NCBI GenBank assembly: GCA_964016885.1
Contig: OZ024742.1
Span: 210,738,001-210,802,000, forward strand
From: Eledone cirrhosa
Lineage: Eukaryota
Length of the DNA: 64,000 bases
Direction: 5' to 3'
The translations under genes were made by a program, and so were the position numbers. Of this stretch, positions 49,745 through 61,679 are shown in pieces. Under the pieces are notes generated by a model that had not been told where the DNA came from, made no database searches, and saw only the letters and a list, made by a program, of their open reading frames with translations. How positions within the stretch are numbered: position 1 is the first letter of the stretch; each line of letters opens with the position of its first letter.

Positions 49745-52487
49745 ACCAGTGTATCAATGCCAAAACGATTATAAGCACAGCAACAAGTATATAGGAACAA
49801 CAAAAATATGAAGACGTCGCATCTCAGAACTGCAACACTTAACGTTGGCACTCTCACAGGTAGATCTGCTGAAATAGCAGAGATGCTGGAGAGAAGGCAT
49901 GTGGATGTGTGCTGCATGCAAGAGGTGAAATGGAGAGGCATTTTCCTGGCTGAAAGATGGATCAATAAGACAATAGAGGTAGTTCAAGTTAGTAATCGAA
50001 TAATTAAGCTTAGATTAGTTGTAAGCAGGAGACTACTGACAATCATCTCTGCCTATGCTCCCCAAGCAGACCTAGGCAAAGAAGAGAAAGACTGCTTTTA
50101 CGAGCAACTTTTACAAACCACCACAATGACAGAAGACGGAGACATCATTATGCTAGCAGGGGGACTTCAATGGTCATGTTGGACAGCTCCAGGATGGTTA
50201 CACTGGGGTACATGGTGGGCATGTTTATGGCTCAAGAAATGAAGGAGTGAGACTTCTTGAATTTTGTGATGCAAAATTTTGCAACACTGACTATTTGCAA
50301 CACTAACTTCCAGAAACCTGCCAACCACCTAATAACCTACAAATCAGGCGAGCACATAAACCAGATTGACTTCTTACTAGTTAGGCAGCGGGACAGGCAG
50401 ATGGTGTCAAATACCAAGGCATACTCTGGGGAAGAATGTACCCCACAGTATAGGTTAGTCGTTAGTGATATCTCAGTAAGCAAGAGATGGAATGAGACAT
50501 ACAGGAAGGTGTGGAGAAGAAAGGTCTGGAGAAGAAAGGTCTGGAAGCTAAAAGACCTTTCACTAAAATACAAATTTAGGAAAGCCCTTCAAGATGTGTA
50601 TGACGAAAGGAGATGATTTAGAGTTGTATGACATAGATAATAACTGGAATTTCTTACGTGACAACTTACTGCAGGCTACTGATGAAACTTGTGGCTGGAG
50701 CAGAGCTCCAACCAGACAGAGAGTGACCTGGTGGTGGAACAGCACAGTAGATAAGGCCATTAGAGACAAAAGACTAGCATGGAAGGCTTGGAAAAATGGT
50801 AGGAGTAGGGAAGGATACACAGCCGCTAAGAGAGAAGGTAGACGTCAGGTGTACTTAGCACGCAGAGAGGCTGAGAGTAGGAGGTTTGCCAATGTTCTGT
50901 GACGGGAAGATCTGAGGCGTGCGGTGTTCCACATTGCTAGGCTGTGTGTCAATGCAAATCAGGATGTTGTTGGAAATAAATGTGTCCGGAATGATGCCGG
51001 TGTACTTAGTGTCACGAATGATCAGAAAAAGGAGGCCTGGAAATGTCATTATGAGAGACTGATGAATGTGGAGAATGAATGGGAGAGAGAGAAATTACCC
51101 TCAGTAGATCCGACAGAGGGACCAGCTATTGAGATTGATGAATAGAGGGTCCAAGAAGCGATTAAGGAAAGGAAAAATGGTAAAGCTGCTGGACCGTGGG
51201 GGATAGTTGCTGAGATGCTGAAGGCATCAGGGGACGTAGGCACTAAACTGGTTGCACACATTATCAATCAGGCTATATATGGTGGTGTCATACCCAAAGA
51301 CTGGTGCAACAGTATTCTCATAAATTGCTACAAAGGTAAAGAGGAGCTATTATAGGGTTATAAAACTGGTGCTGTCAGTAAAGTCAGGTTAGCAATGGAG
51401 TTTAGTGAGGAATTCCAGATACAAGTAGGAGTACATCAAGCTTCGGTCCTCAGCCCGCTCTTGTTCATTATAGTCCTCCAAGCCAAAACAGAGGAGTTTA
51501 AGACAGGCTGTCCATGACGATTTGGTTCTTATAGCAGAATCAGTAGAAGAGCTATGGAAACAGTAGTTGGAAGCAAGAGGGCTGAGAGTGAACCTAGCTT
51601 AGACAAAAGTGTTGATGAGTAGAAAAGAGGACAAAACTCTGATTCCGTCAGGGAAATGGCCATGTTCGATATGCAGAAAAGGAACTGGCATAAATTCTAT
51701 AAAATACACACAATGCAGATCCTGGGTACACAAGAGATGTAGTGGGATAGCAGGAAAACTAACAGGTAGGGAGAAATACGTATGCAGTAGATGTACAGGG
51801 AAATTAGACTGTAGAAGTCGCATTGATAGACACATTTTTCAAATGCAGGCGGGTGCTATAGAAGTGGTGGATAGCTTCCAGTACCTAGGAGATCAGATTA
51901 GCATGGGAGGGGGTTGTTCCGAGGCCATAGTATCTAGAATAAGGACGGGTTGGAAGAAGTTTAGGGAGCTGCTTCCTCTGCTGATGAAGAAAGGTTTCTC
52001 CCTGCGTACGAAAGGCCGGTTATATGATGCCTGTGTGAGGAGCGCGATGCTGCATGGTAGTGAGACATGGGCAGCAACTGCAGAGGATATGTGACGGCTG
52101 GAGAGAAATGAGGCAAGCATGCTCCGTTGGATGTGCAATGTCAATGTATGTGAACGACCCAGCATGGATGTCTTGAGAGAGAAACTGTGTCTGAGAGGGA
52201 TAGAATGTAGTGTGCGAGAGAGGAAACTGAGGTGGTATGGACATGTGATGTGCATGGAGGATGACCGATGGGTGAAGAAGTGCCAGGAAATGCCAGTTGA
52301 AGGAAGACGTGGTAGAGGTAGACCACGAAAAACATGGGCGGAGGTGGTGAGAGCAAACCTCAGATCGGTGAAGCTCACAGTGGAGATGACAAAGGACCGT
52401 GACAAGTGGAGAGATGCTGTGCTGAATAAGACCCGTCCCACCCTTGCAAGCAGGGAAAAGCGAACGTAAAATGATGATGATGATGAT
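49372..52487 (+). mobile_element. Degenerate full-span RTE family A copy with internal deletions
   Basis: Same 5'UTR as copy 1, ATG at 49808, many stops and deletions, (ATG)n tail. Confidence 0.94.
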
Positions 52488-52644
52488 ATATTTAGGGATT
52501 GCAACATCCAGTTACTGTAGGTTCATTCTGTCATTGCCATAACACAAATCCAACAAGCTTTTGATTCCAGAGTCGGGCCAGATCAATACAGATCGAGCCT
52601 TGAGCTGATCAATCATGCAACACGTGTCCTTTTTATTATTATTA

Positions 52645-52690
<46 letters not shown>

Positions 52691-53071
52691 TTCTTTGTCT
52701 CTCTGTCTGTCTGTTTCCTTACACATTCTCAAATGGCTCAACCAAATCAAATTTTACAAGGTATTAAACACTAGGATTAACATGTAATTTTTAATTTCAT
52801 TTGGATTAAAGCAATATAACATTTTATCAGAAATAATCTTTCTATAGTCAACTATAGTAAACAACATTTTATAACACCACCATGATGACGACGACAGCAT
52901 CACATTTTTTATATGAGTGTGTTACATTAGGCCTTAGTAAGTTGCACACACATCTTCACACACAGAGAATTAAACACACACACACACACATCTACACATA
53001 CATATACATATGTGATGACTGACAAGTATGTGTGTGAGTATTCATACATTTCTGTGATGACTGACATAATG

Positions 53072-53132
<61 letters not shown>

Positions 53133-53313
53133 CTAAAGAGAGAGAGAAAGAGAAATAGGCCGTTATACAGAGAGAGATACAATTAAAGTTTTAGATATTC
53201 AGAGAGAGAGGGAGTGACGTCCCACAAAAGTCTAGAATCGGCTTAAACTATAGATCAAAGTATCAGTTGAATGTTTAACAATATTGTGTAAGCTTTTATA
53301 AAGCGTACATACG

Positions 53314-53366
<53 letters not shown>

Positions 53367-53551
53367 ACATGTGCATACTTACATTTATGTATCAGCTGTG
53401 CTAGGCTAAGAAATAAAATTCTAATTTTATTTCTAATATTCGGCAAGGCCAGCCATAACTCACTCGGTATGCAAATGAGGCTACTCAGCTGATGTGTACT
53501 TAAGAAAATACTATATATTTTCAACCGTTCAACAGATTGACAGAAGTATAT

Positions 53552-53591
53552 AGTCCTGACGAAGGGTAATGACCCATAAACATGTTGATTG
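53552..53591 (+). ncRNA. Decayed type I hammerhead motif
   Basis: agtc CTGACGA a gggt aatg accc atAAA catg TT gatt. Confidence 0.55.
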
Positions 53592-53946
53592 TTCCTCAAA
53601 GCCAGTGTTGAACAAACAGGTAACAATCGGTCACCGGCACAGCTTCAAATTGGACCATTTGTTTACAAACGAATATAACATTATTATTAATGTTTGATAT
53701 AACCCATACGTACATTTGTATGTATGTATATATATATATATATATATGTGTGTGCATACTTACATTTATGTATCAGGTTGTGCTAGGGCGAGAAATAAAA
53801 TTCTAATTTTTTTTTTTTTCTAAAGTCATTTTACACCAGTCTTTGATTTTACCGAACACAGAAAAAATTGATACTATTTGAAATTAATCTACGGTGTATA
53901 TTAATTTAGCTTTTTGAGGATAGTGTTATATTATTATTGACCTAAT

Positions 53947-54358
53947 TCAGAATATGAGACGGGAAACAGAAAGGTTAAGACAACAAGAAAAACGATCACA
54001 ACTTTCTGAAAGTGTACAGAACCTAAGACAGGAAACAGAAAGATTAAGGCAAGAAGAAAGACTATCGATTGGTAGCATGGATATTACACTTTGCATGTGT
54101 TGTTTAGGAGGAAAGGTCAGACTTCCACTGATAGAAGACCCTCCAGCTTTTATCCATATACTGTTTACAGACCATACTAACAAAGATAAACACTTCAGAA
54201 GCAATGTTATACGGTATATTGCTGCATTTCAGATGACATCCTTTGGAGCTGAAAAAGATCATACGGACTATGGTTATTTCACAACATTTAAAATCCAAGG
54301 CAAATGCTACCATTTAATTGGCAGTTTACTCACTCAGTCTAATAAGGAAGTTTTATGA
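53947..54358 (+). pseudogene. Helitron Rep/Helicase N-terminal fragment
   Basis: CC.GGKV.L...PP, HF..N...Y..AFQMTSFG and FKIQG..YHLIGSLL. Confidence 0.88.
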
Positions 54359-54498
54359 TTGTTTTTTTTTATGTCTCTCTCTCATACGCACACATTACAG
54401 TCTCACCTCATACTGTAAACCAAACAACACACCCAATACAGTCGTTTTCTCTTTTATCCATCTTCTCTTAACTGTTCTCCCTTAACTGTGTATATATA

Positions 54499-54848
54499 TC
54501 ATCATCATCATTCATCATCATTTCATTTTACGTCCGCTTTTCCCTGCTTGCAAGGGTGGGACGGGAACTGATTCTGGCATGATTTCTACAGCTGGATGCC
54601 CTTCCTAACACCAACCTCATTTACAGTGAGTGCTGGGTGCTTTTTTGCCGTGGCACCTCCACGACCACTTTGCAGTGGAATGATAGAGACCCCAGTCCCT
54701 ATCATCTCATTTCTACAGCTGAGTAAACTGGAGCAATGTGAAATAAAGTCTCTTGCTCAAGGAAACAACACATCACCCGGTCTGAGAATTGAACTCACAA
54801 CCTTTCGATTGCAAGGCCAATGCTCTAACCACTAAGCCATATGCCTCC
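54499..54848 (-). mobile_element. SINE family 2 head adjacent to an RTE tail mosaic
   Basis: Minus strand: tggcttagtggttagagc..gagttcaattc head, then a family B 3'UTR block joined to the family A terminal stem. Confidence 0.7.
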
Positions 54849-55127
54849 ATATATATATGTATATATATATGTGCATAGAATGCTTGTTTTGGTACCACCA
54901 CCAGTAATTCACTGAATCACCTACACTATATATGTATGTGTATATATGTATGTGTGTGTGTTTAAAAAACTTTATTGGATGGCTGTTGACTCTCTTGAGT
55001 TCCTCTGCTCTTTGATGGGACAGAATAAAGGAGCTTTGATGATAATCAACAACTAAACAACCATCTGGTAATTAAACTAATCGACTGGGAAATCACAATA
55101 ATAAATTGAAGTGAAATCCAACAGGTG

Positions 55128-55390
55128 CATCATCATCATCATCATCATCGATTACCATCTGTCTTCCACACTAGCATAGGTTAGACGGGTTTGTCCCATT
55201 TAGAGGCAAGTTGGGTCGGGTGACTGTGTCTTGTTCACATGGGAGTGTTTCTGGCTGGATGCCCTTCCTAACGCCAACCACATTGACAGTGTGTACTGTG
55301 TGCTTTTTGCTGTATCTTTTACACGTCCACTTTAAAGTGTGGACTGGGTGCTTTTTGCCGTGACATCTACACGATCACTTTACAGTGTTG
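55128..55390 (-). mobile_element. RTE family B tail
   Basis: (CAT)n, ctggatgcccttcctaacgccaacc and ~40-bp units. Confidence 0.8.
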
Positions 55391-56233
55391 GCTGTGGAGT
55401 TATTCGCAGTTCCTAGAATGTGCCTAAAAATGCTAGCGACCCTGGGTGCCCATACTAGATTTTCAACAGCAACCTTTGCTCGGTGTGATTATGGCAGATC
55501 AATTTTTTGTGCGGAACTATCAATAGCTGTTTAAGTCATGAGTCCTTCTTCCATCCAGCTTTCTTCATTCAGAGTGAATAAGCCGGGGAAGTTTGAGCTT
55601 GAAGAGTATTGAACTTATTTAACAAACCTATGTGTAAGAATAGCAAACTTACTGCCTTAGCACTCAAGAACAAACACAGAACAATTGAGGAAGTCATCAC
55701 AATTATTGAAGAAATTATAACTGAGTGAACAGATTCAGGTACTGTTCAAGCACCCTGTATATCACTGTTTGCCCAGAATGACTGAAACAATTCAATAAAA
55801 CCATCCCATTTTCCCCCTATAGTAGATATAACCCAAGAAAACACACCATAATAAGTCGGAAAAACAATCAGATGTGTTGTCCCTAAAGAGGGCTTTTTAA
55901 CGTTCACTATTGCAAAGTGTCAATAATGGGGGAGAAGTTACATCTTAATTCGTGTTAATCTTCCCACGATCCGACACCTTGAAATATCGACAAAATAAAC
56001 TCTATTCTCAAAGACGGCATGTTACAATTAACATGCTGGGAGTACGAATATTCGTCAACATACGATTTGGGTTTTATTCTTCGGACTAATCTCATGGTAA
56101 GCCAACTTCCTGGTCATTAATCATCACACTTTTTTGTAACTTATCACTGATTCCTACAGTTGACCTTATTGTGACCTAAGCATGTGCATGTCTTCAGAAT
56201 CCATATCAGTGGATGTGATATATATATATATAT

Positions 56234-56365
56234 ATAGGAACGAGTAGGACCCCGATGGCTGAGTTCAAGCCGTTTTGACGGCTAATTCTGGACTAAATGC
56301 ATTTCGTCCAGAATTAGCCGTCGAAACGGCTTGAGCTCAGCCATTGGGGTCCTACTCGTTCCTAT
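56234..56365. repeat. Near-perfect 132-bp hairpin (foldback/MITE-like)
   Basis: ataggaacgagtaggacccc...ggggtcctactcgttcctat, with 4 non-Watson-Crick positions. Confidence 0.92.
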
Positions 56366-56440
56366 TACCCACTCTACTACCCTAAGTATTGAGTACTTTG
56401 GTGCGTTATGGTCCATCTGGTTCCTTACCACATTTCCTTC

Positions 56441-56475
<35 letters not shown>

Positions 56476-56741
56476 GACATCTGTTCAATCGTCAACCAAA
56501 ATTACATTGTTGTCTGCTTTGTTTGAAATTTCTTTATGTATATTTCTAATAAGTTGTTGCCTTGTTTGGAGGACTGAATTGTGGGAGGAAGGGTTTAACA
56601 TAGAGTAATAGTATCTCCTTTTCTCCTTCTCAAAAGAAAGAATGAGAAGTAAGATAGATTGAGAGAACGGGCAGGTTGGAATTGGAAATAATGTCTTTAG
56701 ATAGAAATAACAGGTCCATTCATGTTGACATCTCTTGCATA

Positions 56742-57651
56742 TATATGTATCTAAAACAGAGAATGTCTGTCTGTCTGACTCCCTAAAACTCGAGAACGAC
56801 CCAACTGATTGTTTTCAAACTTTACTATACTTATGGTCGTGTGAGTGTTTTGAGCAAAAAATATTTCAAATTTTCAATGCCCTAAGGACCGCATTAGGCG
56901 AAAAAGCGATCTCTCTCTATCTTTCTTAGTCTGTCTTTTTAGATAGATACATAGATATAACGTTGCGCCCTTATAATATCTGTCTGTATGTCTGGCTGTC
57001 TGCATTACGACATTATGACACTATCTGTGTGTGTGTGTGTATATATGTATATATAGTGTGTATATATATATATAGTGTTTAACGTTTTTCGAAATATTTA
57101 CTTCTGCGTTCACAGATTGATTTTTCTAGTTTCAGAAGATCCCGTTAAGGGTGAAAGCAGCGATTCTTCGCTTAAACTTTAATCTGTTATTTTAATATAT
57201 ACATATATATAATTATATATTCGTGTACAGATATTTTTGCATACACAATAACAAAATATAAACAAACGTATTTATTTCACAAGACTCAATAAGGATAAAT
57301 ATATATCAAATATATAAGAACCCTAGAGCAAATATTGTTCTCATTGCTGACGAGGCAGAAAGGGATATACAAGATTGGATGAAGAAGGGTGAGACTGTGT
57401 TAGTAGTACGACCAATGGTTGCTATCACACCAACAGCAGCAAAAACAACAACAAAAAAGAGAGCGAATGCTTTTGAATGCTTTTGAAAAATCTTAATGGA
57501 AAATTATTTGCCTATTCACCGAAGGCGACTTCACTTTTTATTAGGACTTCTGCATCAATTGGTGAACATACGACGAAACTGTTTCAGAAAGGAGGGATAA
57601 ACATGCCAATCTATGTTTAGAATCCCGAGCAATGCCGGGCCATTCTGCTAG
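56742..57651 (+). mobile_element. Non-autonomous Helitron
   Basis: 5' end homologous to the 17405 copy. 3' hairpin cccgagcaatgccggg followed by CTAG|T. Confidence 0.78.
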
Positions 57652-57676
57652 TATATATATAAATATAAATATATAT

Positions 57677-58990
57677 CATCATTATCATCATCATCATTTT
57701 TACATTCATTTTTCCATGCATGGGTTGAATGGGTCTTTTTCAGCACAGCATCTGACCACTCGCCGTGAACTCCTTGATGAACTCCTACCTGTACCTTGAA
57801 TTCCTCACTAAACTACTCTCACTTTTCTAACAGCTCCTCTGTACATGGCTTGCACTGCTCCTACAAGACATTCTTCAACACCTAATTTCTTTAAGGACCA
57901 CCAGATAACACATCGGGGTACTCTATCAAAGGCCTTTTCTAGATCAACAAAAGCTAAATATAGTGGCTTATTCTTGGCTAGGAGATTCTCTTGTAGTTAC
58001 TCACTAAGAAGAAGGCATCTTTAGTACTTTTCTCAAGCATGAAACCAAACTGCATTTCATCTAATTTGACCCTTTCTATAATTACTCTTTGCATAACTTG
58101 GTCCATTAGTTTTATTCCTCTTTTTTGTTGCTCCTTTCTAGAGCATCACCTTTACCTTTGTAGCAATTTATGATTGTACATCTGTGCTAGTCATTGGGTA
58201 TGACACTGTCTGTATTACCTGATTGACTTTGCAGGTTACTATTTTGACTCTTACTTCTCCTGAGGCTTTTAACATCTCAGCAACTATCTCAGATGGTCAC
58301 ACAGCTTTACCATTCTTGATCTCCTTGATTTCTTTTTTGACCTTCTAACCATTTATTTCAATAGTTGGTCCTTCTGTTGGGTAAGTTGGGGTAGTTTCTC
58401 TTCCTCCCATTCATTCTCTACATTCATCAATCTCTCGTAGTAACATTTCCAGGCCTGTTTCTTTTAAGCATCATTAATGCTAAGTACGCCAGTGTGATTT
58501 CAAACACATTTTTCTCCAACAACATCTCGATTTACACTAACACACTGCTTTGCAATGTGAAAAACTTCACGTCTCAAGACATTGGCAAATTTCCTTTTCA
58601 GCCTCTCTCTGATCTATATATCCCTATCGTCTCACCTCTCCCTTGGCAACCTGGTACTGGTTTCTGCTACCACAATTTTTCCAGTCTTTCCATGCCTGTC
58701 ACTTGGCTTTAATGGCTCTATCTACTGTGCTGTTCCACCACTAGGTTAGCCTGTCTAGCTGGTGCTATACTCCAGCCACATGTCTTGACAGTAGTTTGCA
58801 AAAGGTTGTCATGCAGGAATTTCCAGTTATCCTCTACGTTTTGTGCACTTAGCTCGTCACCCCGCTCATCAATTGCATCATTTAACTGAAAGGTCCTTTA
58901 GCTTCCAAACCCTCCATCTCCATGTTTTTCTGCATAGCTTGTCTTGTGTTTATTTTGATGTCGCTAATAACTAACTTGTGTTGAGCGGTG
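57677..58990 (-). mobile_element. Degenerate, internally deleted RTE copy
   Basis: Minus strand FVDLEKAFDRV, MQFGF and CGWS..WWN. Tail at the left end. Confidence 0.85.
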
Positions 58991-59033
58991 CAAGTGTGGA
59001 AAAACAAATGTAAAAACAATGATGATGATGAGA

Positions 59034-59080
<47 letters not shown>

Positions 59081-59087
59081 TGTGTCA

Positions 59088-59375
59088 GGTCACCAGTTGG
59101 TGCTACTGGTAACATGTATCCCAGTACAACCTGTCTCATGGTCGGGTCGTTGGCGACTAAACTGGCAACCCCACCAAGGTTTCTTGGTGAGGAGGGTGGC
59201 TTTGGACATCCTGCAGGACTAAAAACAAAACCTGTCAAAAGGCAAAGGGGCTCTTAAGAGTCAATAGCCATCCAAAATCACCGGGAGAGATGACCCCTTA
59301 GCCTTTGTCAAGGCAGAATTCTAGGAGAAGGAAAACTCTGATATAACACCTGCAACCCTGATGGTATCCAATGAT
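59088..59375 (+). mobile_element. RTE-type 5'UTR fragment beginning with an HDV-like ribozyme candidate
   Basis: ccagt..acc tgtctcat ggt..gttggcgaCTAA actgg, with downstream ctaggagaaggaaaactctga resembling RTE 5'UTRs. Confidence 0.5.
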
Positions 59376-59836
59376 GTTGAATTGTTCTTCTTTTTGGTAA
59401 ATATCATCTTGGTTGCAGTGCCTTTGCTCACTATAAAAGCTTCACAGCACAGGCATTGCTTTATATCTGGAGATCTCTCTGCACTTGTCGTCACATGGTA
59501 CCATTGGCCCAGCACTATGTGTCAATAATTGTCACAAGTGTAGTCTTTGTACCAGAGTTTTCAAGTCGCTGGCTGGACTAAAAAGTCACATTCGTTCAGC
59601 ACATCGGTAGGGGTTCTCCTACATGGATATAAAGTAGTGGCCGTACTCGAAAACGAGTTGGCAGCCACCATGTATGTATGTATGTATGTATGTATGTATG
59701 TGTATGTATGTATATATATATACATATATATATATACATACATATATATATATATATATAATTTGTGTTTGATGCTTAAAGCGTCCGTATGCGGTAGGTC
59801 GTATGAGCACCCGATACCCTCATGGAGCAGAGTATG

Positions 59837-60210
59837 ATATCACAGAAAAAAAAGAGAATCAGTGTTGTGACGAAAGGAATTTATTGGACATATTACAACT
59901 GTTTCTCGGGCGACCAGCTCGAGGCACGATCGATGTGGGGATTAAACCTGACTCTGAAATCGCGCGGTCCTTGGATACATCTCGATTCTACGAAGCAGAT
60001 TTTCCTATAGGAAAATCTGCTTCGTAGAATATATTTATATATCAAATAAAATATAATTGTAGAATCGAGACATATCCAAGGACAGCGCGATTTCAGAGTC
60101 AGGTTTGATCAACACATCGATCGTGCCTCGAGCTGGTCGCCCGAGAAACAGTTGTAATATGTCCAATAAATTCCTTTCGTCGCAACACTGATTCTTTTTT
60201 TCTGTGATAT
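59837..60210. repeat. Head-to-head inverted pair of hammerhead-bearing units with an internal perfect 46-bp palindrome
   Basis: ~155-bp arms. 59985-60030 is self-complementary. Arms are homologous to 61490-61616. Confidence 0.88.
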
Positions 60211-61525
60211 ATATATATATAATATATATATTGTTAATTGCTGTGTTGTTTATACATAAAAGTTGTGTAATGACATGTTTTTGATAAATATTGTTTAAGC
60301 AGGTAACACCATTCCACATCAGTTGTATCTATCCAAGTTAAAGGTGGTGATCAAACGTTACGGAGTTATCATGTATGAAATAAACGTTAAGACATGTTAT
60401 ATAATTATATAACATTTTACACGTTTTTATTGTATGTAAACTTCCCCCTTTGTATTTGTCCCCTTCTTTTGTGCCCCTGTGGCTAATAAAGAAATATATA
60501 TTTATTATTATATGTATTTCTTTGAAACCAATATGGAGCTATTATGCAATTGTTACAACAGCGACCTGCACCTGTGTGATGTCAACAGATATTAACACTA
60601 TTATGTTGTTAATATGTTGTTGTCTAACATGACCATGTTAGCAAAAGCCCGGACAACATACACACATATATATATGCAAAACATAAACAGACCAAACGAC
60701 ACGGTACAATGAATAAATACATTAGTTTTATGCTTGATATAGTATGAAAAGAGTATAGATATATATGTGTATGTGTCTGTGTCTGTGTGTATATATATAT
60801 TTATGTATATGCATACACATATACACCCACTATTAAATTTTATTTGATATATAAATATGTATGTATGAATTAATTATCATATATGCTAGCCAATGTTAAA
60901 GTTAAATACTGTCATTCATTGTGATTATGTTCATACCAGTACTAGTATATACATTTATGTGTGTGTACATAGTCTTACTTGTCATATAACAAGTAGAAAT
61001 GCCTTTGTCGTTGTAGACAACATCAGGTAATTATTATCATTTTTTCAAATTTCATGGTACTTCTTTAAAATAATTTAATGAAGGCTAATTTTGAAAATCA
61101 AAGTAGTTATTAAATTTAAATTAGTTAAATAATGTAATAAATCACTACAGCTATATTCAGCTAAAATGATTCTTAATATCTCAAAGGACAGAAAAGAAAT
61201 TGAGAAATGATATATACATTTTTCTATGTATATTCCCTTTATAATAAAAAAAGAGTGAAAGGAAAATGTGAGTGATGGGAGGCCATATATACAACATTTG
61301 GTAATGGAGAACACTTGCCTTTGTCAATATGCTGCAAGTTCCTATCATGAATTTAAAATATATAAATTACTTCTATGTTGGCATATCGAGGGCATTCTTT
61401 TGTAATATGAAATCACATGCACACACACACATACGCATGTATACACACACACATACATTTATATATATATGTATATAATAATTAGGGAACAAAGAATCAG
61501 TGTTGCATCATATACATAATTAATT

Positions 61526-61616
61526 ACATATTACATATGTTTCACTGCCGATCAGCTCGAAGAACGATCAATTATGTTCGTTCCTGACTCTGGAATCAAA
61601 AGCTCCTCAGATACGT
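61526..61616 (-). ncRNA. Type I hammerhead ribozyme, intact core, extended helix II
   Basis: Minus strand: acgtat CTGAGGA gcttttgat..gaacga/tcgttc..atcggcagt GAAA catatg TA atatgt. Confidence 0.78.
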
Positions 61617-61679
61617 GTGTTCACATTTAGAATCACTCCTACTACTATATATACATATGTATGTATGTGTGTTTGTGTG

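Noticed and set aside
57346-57365. CTGACGA..GAAA hammerhead core
   Set aside because: No helix II or flanking helices.
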